A DNA stretch of 64,000 nucleotides from an uncultured Pseudomonadota bacterium (GTDB lineage Bacteria; Myxococcota_A; Polyangia; Fen-1088). Below are positions 1 to 12,211 of this stretch, piece after piece (within the stretch, counting starts at the first letter, position 1; each line of letters begins with the position of its first letter). The DNA lies in assembly GCA_963729535.1 (NCBI GenBank), contig CAVSOL010000002.1, positions 771,503 to 835,502 of the forward strand, read 5' to 3'. The notes beneath the pieces are model-generated. The model did no database searches, was not told the DNA's origin, and saw nothing but the letters and a program-made list of their open reading frames with translations. The position numbers and the translations under genes are program-made.

Positions 1-469
1 GCGACCAGGCCGAGCAGCCCGGGCAATACCTGAACTACCGCTGGAAGTTCGTCGCAGCAGCCGTCCGGCGACCACGCGATCAGGAACTTCCACTTCTCGC
101 CCGACTACCACGTCGACCAGATCTTCTTCCGCAACATCATCGGCACGGTCACCAACGCGATCTACGTCAAGCCGCAGGCCGCCTACTGGTTCGACCTCGG
201 CAACACGCGCGCCGTGGGCCTGCAGGGCGCGGCCATCTACAGCATCGCCCAGGTCCCCGTGTCGACCCCGGGCAACGCGCTGAGCTACGGCGTCGAGACC
301 AACGTCGGCGTCGGCTACCGCAACACCGCCGAAGGCTTCTACGCCGGCGGCACGTGGGCCGTGTTCTTGCCCCTCGGCGCCCTCAACCGCGGCCCGCTGT
401 GGCCCGAAGGGCGCCGAAGACGCCAGCGTCGCCCAGATGATCCGCATCTACATGGGCGTGAAGTTCTAG
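1..469 (+). CDS. Outer-membrane beta-barrel family protein, C-terminal part (5' end lies outside the window; frame broken twice as sequenced)
   Basis: Conserved-looking text ..NFHFSPDYHVDQIFFRNIIGTVTNAIYVKPQAAYWFDLGN..GFYAGGTWAVFLPLGALNRGP in frame 1. After a frame change it reads ..DASVAQMIRIYMGVKF, with the stop at 467-469 (terminal Phe as in OM barrel beta-signals). The upstream piece DQAEQPGQYLNYRWKF is in frame 3. From memory it resembles a myxobacterial OM-barrel family (TIGR04551-like). Breaks lie near 60-75 and 395-415. Confidence 0.5.
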
Positions 470-522
470 CCAGCCAGCACGCGGGGAACCGGGCTGCGCC
501 GCCGCCCACACTGCCGGCGCGT

Positions 523-1371
523 CTACTTGAGCGACTTCAGGCGCTCTTCGGCGTCCTTCTTGGACGCGGCGTCTTCGCTGACGCCGTACTTCAGGTAGTT
601 CTCGAACGCCGCGCGGGCCTCGGCGGTCTTCTTCTCCTGCGAGTACATGAGGCCCAGGTCGTAGTACGCCTTCGCCAGGCGCGGGTTCTTCTGCACCGCG
701 ACCTCGTATTCGGCGATCGCCAGGTCGGTCTTGCGCTGGCGGCGGTAGACGGTGGCCAGGTCGAAGTGCAGCTCGCCGTCGTCGGGCTTGATCGCCAGCG
801 CCTTCTTGTAGGCCACGATCGCGCCCTCCTTGTCGTCGGTCTTCGTCTTGGCGACGCCCAGGTTCCTCCACGCGGTCGCGTCGGCCGGCTTCAAGGTCGT
901 CGCCTTCTCGAGGTGCTTGATCGCCGACTTGTAGTCGCTCTTCTGCCGGTACGCCGCGCCCAGCGACACCAGCGCTTCGTAGTCGTCGGGCTTGAGCGAG
1001 ACCGCTTCCTCGAGCTCGCGGATGCCGTCGTCGACGCGCTTGAGGCGCACGTAGGCGGCGCCCAGGTTGGCGTGCGCCATCGCGTCCTTGGGCTCGAGCT
1101 TCACGGTCTTCTCGTACGCCTCGGCCGCCTTCGCGTAGTTCCCCTGCGCGCGGTGCAGGCTCCCCAGCGTCATGTACGCGGCCGCGTAGTTCGGGCGCAG
1201 CGCGATCGCCTTCTCGCACTCGGCGATCGCGGCGGGGAGCTTCCCCTCGCGCTTGTACTGGAGCGCCAGGTTGTAGTGCCCGGCCGCGTCGTCGGCGTGC
1301 GCCAGCACCGGCGCCAGCACCACCAGGCTGAAGCACAGCACCGCTGCTGCCGACCATGTGTTCACGCGCAT
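523..1371 (-). CDS. Secreted TPR-repeat protein
   Basis: ORF 523..1428. I moved the start to MRVNTWSAAAVLCFSLVVLAPVLAHA, which looks like a signal peptide. It has about 7 consecutive 34-aa TPR-like units (e.g. AIAECEKAIALRPNYAAAYMTLGSLH, AIKHLEKATTLKPADATAWRNLG). Confidence 0.85.
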   Translation of the reverse strand: MRVNTWSAAAVLCFSLVVLAPVLAHADDAAGHYNLALQYKREGKLPAAIAECEKAIALRPNYAAAYMTLGSLHRAQGNYAKAAEAYEKTVKLEPKDAMAHANLGAAYVRLKRVDDGIRELEEAVSLKPDDYEALVSLGAAYRQKSDYKSAIKHLEKATTLKPADATAWRNLGVAKTKTDDKEGAIVAYKKALAIKPDDGELHFDLATVYRRQRKTDLAIAEYEVAVQKNPRLAKAYYDLGLMYSQEKKTAEARAAFENYLKYGVSEDAASKKDAEERLKSLK

Positions 1372-1458
1372 AGGCTTCCTCCCAATGTGGCAACGTGGAT
1401 TGACGGGCCCAAAACGGCCAAAATTCACCTTATCACCGCGCTATAGTTCCCGTCGACG

Positions 1459-2305
1459 ATGCTGGAGGCGCTGCTGGTCACGTTCCGCGAAGGGATCGAG
1501 TCGTTCCTGATCATCGGGATCCTCGTCGCCTACCTGAAGAAGACGCAGCGCGGCGGGGCTCGTCAAGGGCGTGCGCATCGGCCTGGCGCTGTCGGTGGTC
1601 ACCTGCGTCGTCGGCGCATGGCTGTGGTTGCAGGTGCCGAACCAGCCGCTCTACGAAGGCATCGCGGCGCTGACCGCGGCGGCCGTGGTCGGCGTGCTGC
1701 TGGTCCAGATGCTGCGCGCCGGCCGCCACATCAAGGGCCAGATCGAACAGCCAGGTCGGCCGCATGGCCGGCGAACGAGGGTGCGCCGCCGTCGCTGCGC
1801 GCCTGGCCGGCGTCGCGCTGGTGACGACGCTGCTGGTGACGCGCGAGGGGCTCGAGGCGGTCTTCTATCTGGGCGTGCAGGCGATGGCGGTGCGGCAGGC
1901 GACGACTCGACCCAGGCGGTGCTGATGCTGGTGGCGCCGTGCTCGGGCTTCGTCATCGCGGGGTTCTTCGCCTGGAGCTGGACCCGCTGGGGCCATCGCC
2001 TCAACCTGGGCGTCATCCTCAAGGTGACGGCGCTGTTCCTCGGCCTGTTCCTGATCCAGCTGCTCGTCTACGGCGTCCACGAGCTGGCCGAAAGCGGCGT
2101 CATCCATGGCAGCCAGGGCTTCCACGACGCGACCGAGATGTTCGGGCCCCGACGGCAGCATCGGCCACTTGCTGTCGTATTCGCTGCGTGCTCGCGCCGC
2201 TCGCTCTACCTGCTGTTCGCCCGCCTGTCGAAGCCCGGCAACCGGCCGCCGCCGGCGTCCACCGTCAGAGCGGCCGCTGTGAGCACGCGCGACAGCTCGC
2301 GGTAG
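1459..2305 (+). CDS. FTR1/EfeU-type iron permease (frame broken about 4 times as sequenced; 3' end uncertain)
   Basis: The N-terminus MLEALLVTFREGIESFLIIGILVAYLKK contains a REGIE (RExxE) motif. A second RExxE motif, LLVTREGLEAVFYLGV, lies in another frame. The C-terminal TM region is VILKVTALFLGLFLIQLLVYGVHELAESG. Pieces lie in frames 1, 2, 3 and 2, with breaks near 1553 (G-run), 1750, 1900 and 2150. Confidence 0.65.
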
Positions 2306-2751
2306 CCGAGCCGCTCGTAGAACGCGGCGGCGTCGCGGTTGCCGACCCAGGTCGTCAGCACCAGCTCGACGGCGCCGTGGCCGCGCCCCCACTGCGCCAC
2401 CTCGAACATCATCCGGCGTCCGATACCGTGCCGGCGCTGCTTGCTCGCCACGACCAGCGTCTCGACGTGCAGCCGGCGGCGCGGCACCATCGCGGGGTTC
2501 TCGGGGGTGTCGTAGATGCGCGCGACCAGCACCGCGACGGGACCGTCCTGGGACTGGTGCTCGCCGACGAACACCGCGGTCGCGTCTTCCTCCAGCAGGC
2601 GCAGCCATTCGTCCTCGGCGCGCGCCGTGGCGCGGAAGTACTCGGGCGCGATCGCCGCGTGCAGGTCGTCGATCTCGCGCAGCAGCGCGCGGGCAGCAGG
2701 CCAGTCCTCGCGCCGCGCGCGACGGACGCGTATCGCCGCCGCGGCGGTCAC
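2206..2751 (-). CDS. GNAT family N-acetyltransferase
   Basis: This is the tail of ORF 2206..4212. It carries the acetyl-CoA motif region LVVASKQRRHGIGRRMMFEVAQW..AAAFYERLGY. The GTG start at 2749-2751 overlaps the ptsI stop (GTGA), which implies translational coupling. Confidence 0.8.
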   Translation of the reverse strand: MTAAAAIRVRRARREDWPAARALLREIDDLHAAIAPEYFRATARAEDEWLRLLEEDATAVFVGEHQSQDGPVAVLVARIYDTPENPAMVPRRRLHVETLVVASKQRRHGIGRRMMFEVAQWGRGHGAVELVLTTWVGNRDAAAFYERLGYRELSRVLTAAALTVDAGGGRLPGFDRRANSR

Positions 2752-4520
2752 GCTGTCGGCCGTTCCTCCTCGCTGTCGCCGAGCTCCAGCGGAAAGCGTC
2801 CCTTCATCGTGCCGTAGACCAGCTCTTCGATCTCGGTCTCGGTCGACATCGTCAGCGCCTGCGCCAGCAGCCGCTCCGCGTCGGCCACGCGCGTGGCGCG
2901 CATGATCGACTTGACCACCGGGATCTGCCGCGGCGCCATCGACAGGTGGCGCAGGCCCAGCCCGACGAGGATCCACGCCAGCATCGGATCGCCCGCCATG
3001 TCGCCGCACATCGCGACCGGTTTGCCGGTGCGCTCCGCCGCCACGACGATCTGGCGCAGCACCCGCAGGATGGCCGGGTGCAGCGGGTGATACAGGTAGC
3101 CGACGTGTTCGTCCTCGCGATCGGCGGCCAGCGAGTATTGGATCAGATCGTTGGTGCCGATGCTGAGGAAGTCGCACTCCGCGGCCAGCAGGTCCGAGAT
3201 CGTCGCCGCGCTCGGCGTCTCGATCATCACGCCCAGCGGCACCTTCGCCGCGTGCGGCGTCCCGCGGCTCTTCAGCTCGTCGGCCACCTCCTGGCACAGC
3301 TGCTTGGCCGCGCGCAGCTCGGCGACGCCCGACACCAGCGGAAACAGGATCTGCATCGGGCCGATCGCCGCCGCCCGGTACAGCGCGCGCAGCTGGGTGC
3401 GAAACACGTCCTCGCGCTTGAGCGAAAAGCGAATCGATCGCAGCCCCATCGCCGGGTTCATGCCGCTCGGGATGCGCACCGACGGCGGCAGCTTGTCGCC
3501 GCCGAGATCCAGCGTGCGGAACGTGACGGTGCGGCCGCCGACGCTCTTCAGCGCCGCGACGGCGTGCGCGTACTGCTCGTCCTCCGACGGCAGGTCGGTG
3601 CGTTCGAGGTAGAGAAACTCGGTGCGGAACAGCCCCACCCCCTCGGCGCCCAGCTCGACGGCGATCGGGATCTCCTCCAGCATCTCGATGTTCGCCTGCA
3701 GGTGGATCGCGGTGCCGTCGCTGGTCCGGCTCGGCACGTCGCGGATCGCCGCCAGCCGCTCCGCGCGCGACCGGCGCACCTCGGCGCGCTCTTCGTAGCG
3801 CTGCAGCGCATCGGCGTCGGGGTCGAGGATCACCTCGCCGCGGTCGCCGTCGATGACCAGCGTCATCCCCGACCACACCTTGTGCCCGACCGCCTCGACG
3901 CCGCACACGTACGGCAGCCCCAGCGCGCGCGCCACGATCGCCGTATGCGAGGTGCGCCCGCCCCCTTCGGTGCAGAAGCCGGCGGCCTCCGCCCGCCCCA
4001 GCTGCGCCGCATCGGCGGGCGACAGCTCGTGCGCCACCGCGATGCTCCCCTTGGGAGCCTCCTCCGGCGACGCCGAGTCGCCGATACCAACCAGGTTGCG
4101 CAGCAGGCGTTCGCCGACCAGCGCGACGTCGCTCTTGCGGTCGCGGAAGTAGGGGTCCTCGATGCGCTCGAACACCGCCTGGATCTGGTCCAGCGCCTTG
4201 CGCACCGCCCACTCGGCGGCGGCCTTGTCGTCGCGGATCATGCGCCGCGCCCGCTCGACCAGGTGCACGTCCGACAGCATCAGCCGGTGGGCCTCGAGGA
4301 TCCGATACTGATGTTCGTCGCCCTCGCGTTCGGCGATCTCTGCCTGGATGCGCGCCAGCTGCGCGTCGGTCTCGAACAGCGCCTTCTCCAGGCGTTTGAG
4401 CTCGTGGTCGACCTGGTCAGCGGCGATGCGGCGCTCGTGGATCTCGACGCGGCTCGCGAGCACGTGCGCGACACCGATCGCGATGCCCGGGGACGCGCCC
4501 ACCCCGATCAGGCGCTCCAT
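2748..4520 (-). CDS. ptsI: Phosphoenolpyruvate-protein phosphotransferase (PTS enzyme I; no GAF domain)
   Basis: ORF 2748..4604. The start is taken at MERLIGVGASPGIAIGVAHVL. It has the phospho-His region GGRTSHTAIVARALGLP and the PEP-utiliser C-terminal motif SIGTNDLIQY. The ATG overlaps the ptsH stop (ATGA). Confidence 0.95.
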   Translation of the reverse strand: MERLIGVGASPGIAIGVAHVLASRVEIHERRIAADQVDHELKRLEKALFETDAQLARIQAEIAEREGDEHQYRILEAHRLMLSDVHLVERARRMIRDDKAAAEWAVRKALDQIQAVFERIEDPYFRDRKSDVALVGERLLRNLVGIGDSASPEEAPKGSIAVAHELSPADAAQLGRAEAAGFCTEGGGRTSHTAIVARALGLPYVCGVEAVGHKVWSGMTLVIDGDRGEVILDPDADALQRYEERAEVRRSRAERLAAIRDVPSRTSDGTAIHLQANIEMLEEIPIAVELGAEGVGLFRTEFLYLERTDLPSEDEQYAHAVAALKSVGGRTVTFRTLDLGGDKLPPSVRIPSGMNPAMGLRSIRFSLKREDVFRTQLRALYRAAAIGPMQILFPLVSGVAELRAAKQLCQEVADELKSRGTPHAAKVPLGVMIETPSAATISDLLAAECDFLSIGTNDLIQYSLAADREDEHVGYLYHPLHPAILRVLRQIVVAAERTGKPVAMCGDMAGDPMLAWILVGLGLRHLSMAPRQIPVVKSIMRATRVADAERLLAQALTMSTETEIEELVYGTMKGRFPLELGDSEEERPTA

Positions 4521-4801
4521 CAGGGATCGACCCCCTCGCCGAAGCCCGTGCCCACGAGCTCCGCCAGCGCCGCGACCGCCGCGTCGGCGTCGTCGCCGTC
4601 GCATACGACGGTCATGGTCACGCCGTGCGCCGCCACCAGCGTCAGCAAGCCCATGATGCTCTTGCCGTTGGCCTCCTGCCCGTCCTTGACGACGGTGACA
4701 TCCGACCGAAAGCCATTGGCAGTTTGCACGAACCGCACGGCGGCCCGGGCGTGCATGCCCAGGCGGTTGCGGACCTGAACCTCGCGTTCGGCGCGCGCCA
4801 T
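4520..4801 (-). CDS. ptsH: Phosphocarrier protein HPr
   Basis: 93 aa. It has the active-site His context VRNRLGMHARAA and the regulatory Ser context NGKSIMGLL, the target of HprK. Confidence 0.9.
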   Translation of the reverse strand: MARAEREVQVRNRLGMHARAAVRFVQTANGFRSDVTVVKDGQEANGKSIMGLLTLVAAHGVTMTVVCDGDDADAAVAALAELVGTGFGEGVDP

Positions 4802-4803
4802 CG

Positions 4804-5256
4804 CTAGTGGTGATCTTCCCTGGGGATGGCGAACTTGCCGGTCAACTCCGAACCCAACCGAATCGACCGCTTCCCCACCTCTTTGACTCGCTCAGCCACC
4901 TCGGCCGGCCGCAGCCCGCTGCGATCGCAGGTCGCCAGCTTGATCAGCATGGGGAGGTTCACTCCCGCGACGATCTCGACCGGCCGCGTGCCGTCGACCA
5001 TCGCCAGGCACGCACGAAACGGCGACGAGCCGTGCACGTCGGCCAGGATGAGGATACCGACGCCTGAATCGACCTGGTCACAGGCACGGCCGACGCGCCG
5101 GACGATGTCGTCGAAGGCCTCGGACTGCACCACCGAGACCGCGGTCGAGTTCGCGACCGGCCCGATGATGTCCGCGGCGGCGGCGAGCAGGCATTCGCCG
5201 CAGCCACCGTGCGTCACGATGACCAGGCCAACCTGAGCGGGCTGCGCCGTCGCCAT
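4804..5256 (-). CDS. PTS EIIA component, mannose/fructose family
   Basis: ORF 4804..5421, with the start moved to MATAQPAQVGLVIVTHGG (TH = phospho-His context). DVHGSSPF and GVNLPMLI are typical of EIIA-Man. There is a 2-nt gap to ptsH. Confidence 0.8.
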   Translation of the reverse strand: MATAQPAQVGLVIVTHGGCGECLLAAAADIIGPVANSTAVSVVQSEAFDDIVRRVGRACDQVDSGVGILILADVHGSSPFRACLAMVDGTRPVEIVAGVNLPMLIKLATCDRSGLRPAEVAERVKEVGKRSIRLGSELTGKFAIPREDHH

Positions 5257-5323
5257 GGAGTCATGTACTTTACCACCGACGGCAAGGCGGAGCGCGTCGC
5301 GTCGCGCCTTAGATGTGAATCGG

Positions 5324-6164
5324 TCAGATCGATATGTCGCGGTGGCGGATGGAGAGCGAGAATTCGTCGCCCAGCCGACGGCCGAGCTCCTTGGCGATCG
5401 CGACAGATCGATGACGCCCACCCGTGCAGCCGATGGCGACGGTCGCGTACGATTTGCCCTCGCGCCGGAAGCCGTGCACGGAACGGCGCAGCAGCCGCGC
5501 CGCGTCCTCCAGGAAGCCGGCGGTCTCCGGGTCGTTCATGACGAATTTGACGACCGCCTCGTCTTCGCCCGACAGCGCCGACAGCTGCGGGACGAAGAAC
5601 GGATTGGGCAGGAAGCGGACGTCGAGCACCACGTCCGCCTCCGACGGGATGCCGTGCTTGAAGCCGAACGACAGCAGGGTCACCGCCAGTTCACCCTCGC
5701 CGCGCCCGTAGCGCTCCTGGATGAGGCCGCGCAACACGTGCACGTTGAGCGCGCCCGTATCGACGACGGCGCTCGCCTCCTGCCGCAAACCCGCCAGCGT
5801 CCGCCGCTCCGCCGCGACGCCGGCGCGGATGTCCGTGTCCGACAGCGGGTGGCGGCGCCGCGTCTCGGAGAACCGCCGGATCAAGATCTCGTCCGTCGCC
5901 TCCAGGAACAACACCTCGACGGAATGGCCGCGCGCGCGCAGATCGGCGAACACCGACGCAGACACCTTCCAGGAAGTTGCCGCTGCGCGCGTCGACGCCC
6001 AGCGCCGCGCGGTCGACGTCCGGGCGGCTGGCGAGCAGGTCGATCAACTCCGGCACCAGCGGCAGCGGCAGGTTGTCGACGGCATAGAAGCCCAGATCCT
6101 CCAGCGCGCGCAGCGCCGTGGACTTGCCCGCTCCCGACACGCCGGTGACGACCACGAGCCTCAT
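5324..6164 (-). CDS. rapZ: RNase adapter / nucleotide-binding protein RapZ (one frame break near 5965)
   Basis: The N-terminus [33 protein letters not shown] (Walker A) is in ORF 5691..6164. The rest (..[39 protein letters not shown]..) is in ORF 5324..5965. The ATG overlaps the hprK stop. Confidence 0.85.
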
Positions 6165-7123
6165 TCGACGTCGTCCCGCCAGCGCCGCTCGCGCGCGTCG
6201 GCCAGCGCCCGATCCAGGCGCTCCTGAAACTCGCGCGCCGAGTGGTGACCGCGCACCTGCAGCAACCGATTGCGCGCCGCGACCTCGATCAGCGAGCTGA
6301 CGTTGCGGCCCGGGCTGACCGGTATGCGCAGCAGCGGCACCTGCACCTCCAGGATTGGATACACCATCTCGTCCAGGCCCAGGCGATCGTGGGCGTCGGT
6401 CTGATCCCAGCGGATCAGCTCCAGCACCAGCTCGATGCGCTTCTCGTCGCGCACGGCCGCGACGCCGAACATGTCCTTGATGTTGATGATGCCGAGGCCG
6501 CGCACCTCCATGTGGTGCTTGATCAGCTCGGACGCCCAGCCGACCAGCACGCTGCCCGACGTCCGCCGCACCTCGACCAGATCGTCGGCGACCAGCCGGT
6601 GGCCGCGCATGATGAGATCGAGCGCCGCCTCCGACTTGCCGATGCCGCTCTTGCCCAGCAGCAGCACGCCCACGCCCAGAACGTCCATCAGCACGGCGTG
6701 GATGCTGGCGGTGGGCGCGAGCTGCAGCTCCAGGTATTTCTGGATCTGATCGATCGCCGCCGACGACACCAGCGGTGTCCGCAGCAACGGCACGCCCAGC
6801 CGTTCCGCCCCCTCGCGTAGCAGGCCGGGAACCTCCAGCCCCTTGGTGACGACGACGCAGGCCGGGTTCAGGCTGAAGAACGCGTCGATCGCCGTGCGCG
6901 CCGCCTCCTCGGACAGCGTCTCCAGGTACGAGATCTCCGTCGCGCCCAGCACCTGCACCCGCTCCGGGTGCACCTGCCGGACATAGCCCGCCAGCGCCAG
7001 CCCGGGTTTCTGGATGCGCTGAATCGTGATGCGGCGCCCGAGCCCCGCTTCGCCCGCCAGCAACACCAGCCGAAGGTCCGCGCCTTCGTCGAGCAGCGAC
7101 CGGACCGTGAGCGTTGGCGTCAT
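6161..7123 (-). CDS. hprK: HPr kinase/phosphorylase
   Basis: 320 aa, intact. It has the Walker A motif [17 protein letters not shown] and the signature [12 protein letters not shown]. Confidence 0.95.
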   Translation of the reverse strand: MTPTLTVRSLLDEGADLRLVLLAGEAGLGRRITIQRIQKPGLALAGYVRQVHPERVQVLGATEISYLETLSEEAARTAIDAFFSLNPACVVVTKGLEVPGLLREGAERLGVPLLRTPLVSSAAIDQIQKYLELQLAPTASIHAVLMDVLGVGVLLLGKSGIGKSEAALDLIMRGHRLVADDLVEVRRTSGSVLVGWASELIKHHMEVRGLGIINIKDMFGVAAVRDEKRIELVLELIRWDQTDAHDRLGLDEMVYPILEVQVPLLRIPVSPGRNVSSLIEVAARNRLLQVRGHHSAREFQERLDRALADARERRWRDDVE

Positions 7124-7164
7124 CGCGCCTTAGCCTACTCCAGCGTCAGACGGATCAGACAGGT

Positions 7165-7626
7165 CTAGTATTTGGCGTCTTCCTCGACGATGACCTGATA
7201 CATGGCCTCGCTGGACGGCGCGTCGAGCAGCCGCTTGCGGAAGCTGGCGTCGCGAAACAGCCGCGACAGCCGGGCCAGGGCCTTGAGGTGAACCCCCGTC
7301 GAGCTCGCCGGGGCCACCAGCATGAACACCAGGTTGGTCGGCTTGCCGTCGATCGACTCGAACTCGATGCCTTCGACCGCGCGCCCCAGGCAGCCCACCA
7401 GGCGCCCGACCGAGTCGAGCTTGCCGTGCGGGATGGCGATGCCGTCGCCGATCGCCGTCGAGGCCAGCTGCTCGCGTTCGTCCAGGACCTTGCGCAGCGC
7501 CTCGGCCTCTACCCCCGGGACGACCTTGGACAGGTGCAACGACAGCTCGGCCAGCACCGCCGGCTTACTCTTCGCCTGTAGCACTGCAATGATGCAGTCA
7601 GGCTGAAGGAAGTCGGTGACTTTCAT
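7165..7626 (-). CDS. ptsN: PTS IIA-like nitrogen regulatory protein PtsN (EIIA-Ntr)
   Basis: 153 aa. It has STAIGDGIAIPHGK (phospho-His) and the LVFMLVAP motif, and it sits next to hpf and rpoN. Confidence 0.9.
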   Translation of the reverse strand: MKVTDFLQPDCIIAVLQAKSKPAVLAELSLHLSKVVPGVEAEALRKVLDEREQLASTAIGDGIAIPHGKLDSVGRLVGCLGRAVEGIEFESIDGKPTNLVFMLVAPASSTGVHLKALARLSRLFRDASFRKRLLDAPSSEAMYQVIVEEDAKY

Positions 7627-7644
7627 GGCGCAACTTCGCCCGGA

Positions 7645-8263
7645 TCAGCGCCCGCCCGGGCTCCCGTTGGCCGTCTCGATCAGGCCGTAGTTGCCGTCCT
7701 TGCGCCGGTAAAGGACGACCGTACGGCCGCTGGTGGCGTCGGTGAACACCAGTAGCTCGTCACCCAGCAGGTTCATCTGCATCACGGCGTCCTCGACCGT
7801 CATCGACCGCGCGGTGAAGCGCTCGTCCTTGATGACGTTGTAGCCGGCGACAGCCGTAGCCACGGGCGTCGGGGGCGTTGTCGCCGGCTGGGGCTGCGGC
7901 TGCGGCTCGACCTCCTCGGCGGTGATGACCATCTCGCGCACCGACGTCGACGGCCCGCCGTGCGGCTTGTGGTCGCGGATCTTGTCCTTCCACTTGCGAA
8001 CCTGGCGTTCGATGCGCGCCGCGGCGAGGTCGATGGAGGAGTACATGTCCTCCGTCGTCTCCTTGGCGTTGATGACGATGCCGCTCGGCAGCGTGATGTT
8101 CAGATCGGCGACGTGATGGAAACCGCGTTCGACCGAGAACACCGCATGGGCGTGAGATCGGATCCTTGTTGAAATACTTACGAATCTTCTCGAGCTTATC
8201 GGCCGCATACTCTCGCACCGCTTGCGAGGCATCCATGTGCCGAAACGTCGTGGAGAGCTGCAT
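7645..8263 (-). CDS. hpf: Ribosome hibernation promoting factor, long form (one frame break near 8150)
   Basis: The N-terminus MQLSTTFRHMDASQAVREYAADKLEKIRKYFNKDPI is in ORF 7760..8263. The continuation HAVFSVERGFHHVADLNITL..IERQVRKWKDK..FTARSMTVEDAVMQMNLLGDELLVFTD..VLYRRKDGNYGLIE is in ORF 7645..8313. Confidence 0.85.
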
Positions 8264-8414
8264 GACGCTTCCTTCCCGTTGGCCGATTTACCGTGTGCGC
8301 CGCCGGTCATCACTTGCGACCGGGCCGTTTACGCGCACCGCTTTTACCCCTTTTCCCGTCGAGGAACAATAAATACGGGGGGGCCGCCGGACCCAGACCG
8401 GGCCGCCCGCCGTA

Positions 8415-9917
8415 TCAGAAAACCTGGCGTCTTTTCGACGAGGATAGGATGCGAAGTTGCTCACGGTACTTGGCCACCGTTCGCCGCGCGATCTCGATGT
8501 TTTGGTCCTTGAGGAGCTCTACGATGCGTCTGATCCGAGTGCGGATTGGCAGGGCTCTCCGAGCCGATGATTTGCTTTATCTTGAGCTTGACCGCTTCGG
8601 ACGCCAGATCCTCGCCGTCGGTGCGTGCGATCCCCGAGTTGAAGAAGTATTTCAGCTCGTAGATGCCCTGGGGGGTGTGGACGTACTTGTTGGTCGTGAC
8701 GCGCGACACGGTGGATTCGTGCATGCCGATGTCCTCGGCGACGTCGCGCAGGATGAGCGGCTTCAAGTGCGCGGTCCCCTTGTCGAAAAACTCGCGCTGA
8801 AACTTCAGGATCGACTCCGTGACGCGCACGATCGTTCGCTGCCGCTGCTGGATCGACCGGATGAGCCACTGCGCGCTGCGTAGCTTTTCCTGGATGTACT
8901 CGCGCGCCTTGGCGCCGCCGGCCAGCGCCGTCCGGTAGAAGTCGGAGATCTTGAGCTTGGGCAACCCGTCGTCGTTGGCGACGACGAAGTACTTGTCGCC
9001 GACCTTGTGCACGTAGACGTCGGGCGTGATGTAGGTCGGTTCCTCGGCGGTGTACTCGCGCCCCGGCTTCGGGTCGAAGGCCTTGAGCACCTTGGCCGCC
9101 TCGTAGATCTCCTCGACGGGCTGGCCCAGGTCCTTGGCGATCGCCTGGTAGTTCTTCTTCTCCAGGTTGGTGAGGTGCTTGGTGATGATGCCGACCACGA
9201 CGTCGTCGTCGGCGCCGATGTGGCGCGCCTGGATCAGCAGGCACTCCTCCAGCGACCGCGCGGCGACGCCAACCGGGTCGAACTCCTGGATGCGCTTCGA
9301 GCACCGACTCCGACAGCTCGAGGCTGACGCCCGCCTCCTCCGCCAGATCCGCGAGGTCGTCCTCCAGGTAGCCGTCCGGCGTCAGGTTGCCGATGATCAG
9401 CATCGCGATGCCGTCTTCTTCCAGCGTGAAGTGGCTGAGCTTGAGCTGCCACTCCAGGTGGTTGAACAGCGACGTGCCGCGCGTCAGCGTCGCTTCCAGC
9501 GACGGCAGGTCCTCGTTGTTCGACTTGTACGACGGCATCGGCGCCGCCGCCGCCTGGTTGTCGAGGTAGCCCTCCCAGTCGAAGTCGTTGACCGCCTCGT
9601 TGGAGCCGACGTCGGCCTTCACCTCGGACGTCGTGTCGACCTTGTTCTCGCGGATCTCGACGATCGGCGTCTCGGTCTCCCCCACCCGCTCCATGTCCGC
9701 GCCGTTGCTGTCGACCTCCGCCGGCGCCTCGGCCTTCGCCTGCTCGTTGGCCGACTCGACGCTGTCCTCCAGAATGGGGTTTTCCAGCATCTCGTCGCGG
9801 ACCATGTCGCACAGCTCCATCCGCGACAGCTGCAGGAGCTTGATCGCCTGCTGCAGCTGGGGGGTCATCACCAGCTGCTGCGACAGGCGTCAGGTGCTGC
9901 TTTATCTCGATGGACAT
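8415..9917 (-). CDS. rpoN: RNA polymerase sigma-54 factor (three frame breaks, near 8525, 9292 and 9885)
   Basis: The ATG at 9917 gives MSIEIKQHLT, and a 1-nt insertion then precedes LSQQLVMTPQLQQAIKLLQLSRMEL. The middle part reads IQEFDPVGVAARSLEECLL. The C-terminal part has the HTH ..ESTVSRVTTNKYVHTPQG and the RpoN box ARRTVAKYREQLRI. The stop is at 8415-8417. Confidence 0.9.
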
Positions 9918-10028
9918 GCGGCGACCTCGTTCACTTGTAACACTTGAAGGTCGGCACCGACAAGCGTCAAGGGGCTTGTGGTACACGAATTGCACATACT
10001 CTGTCGCACACCAACGCCCTGGGCGAGC

Positions 10029-11810
<1,782 letters not shown>

Positions 11811-11833
11811 TTATGTCGTGAGCAGGGAAGTCA

Positions 11834-12211
11834 ATGCCTCGTGAGGTGATTCTGATCATCGAAGACGACGCGCACATCGGTGGGCTGGTCGTCCAGGTGC
11901 TTCGCGAGGCAGGCTTTGCGCCCGTGCTGGTGCGCGACGTGGGCGCGGCGCGGACCTGGCGGGCGGAAGGCAACGCGCCCGCGGCCGTGATCAGCGACCT
12001 CATGGTCGCGGGGTCGCCCGGACCGGCCCAGCTTCCGTCGGAGCTCGGCGGCATTTTCCCGTCGACGCCGCTCGCGCTGATGACCGGCGTGCCGCCGCGG
12101 CGGCGCGCGGCGCTGGGCGTCACCCACGACCGCGTCATCGAAAAGCCGTTCGAGCTCGAGACGTTGATCGACACCGTCAACGGCATGCTGGCCGTGGCGG
12201 CGGCGCAATGA
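11834..12211 (+). CDS. Single-domain response regulator (receiver only)
   Basis: 125 aa. It has the acidic pair IIEDD, the phospho-acceptor context VISDLMV, a conserved T (LALMTG) and a conserved K (IEKPF). The stop overlaps the ribF ATG (ATGA). Confidence 0.85.
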   Translation: MPREVILIIEDDAHIGGLVVQVLREAGFAPVLVRDVGAARTWRAEGNAPAAVISDLMVAGSPGPAQLPSELGGIFPSTPLALMTGVPPRRRAALGVTHDRVIEKPFELETLIDTVNGMLAVAAAQ

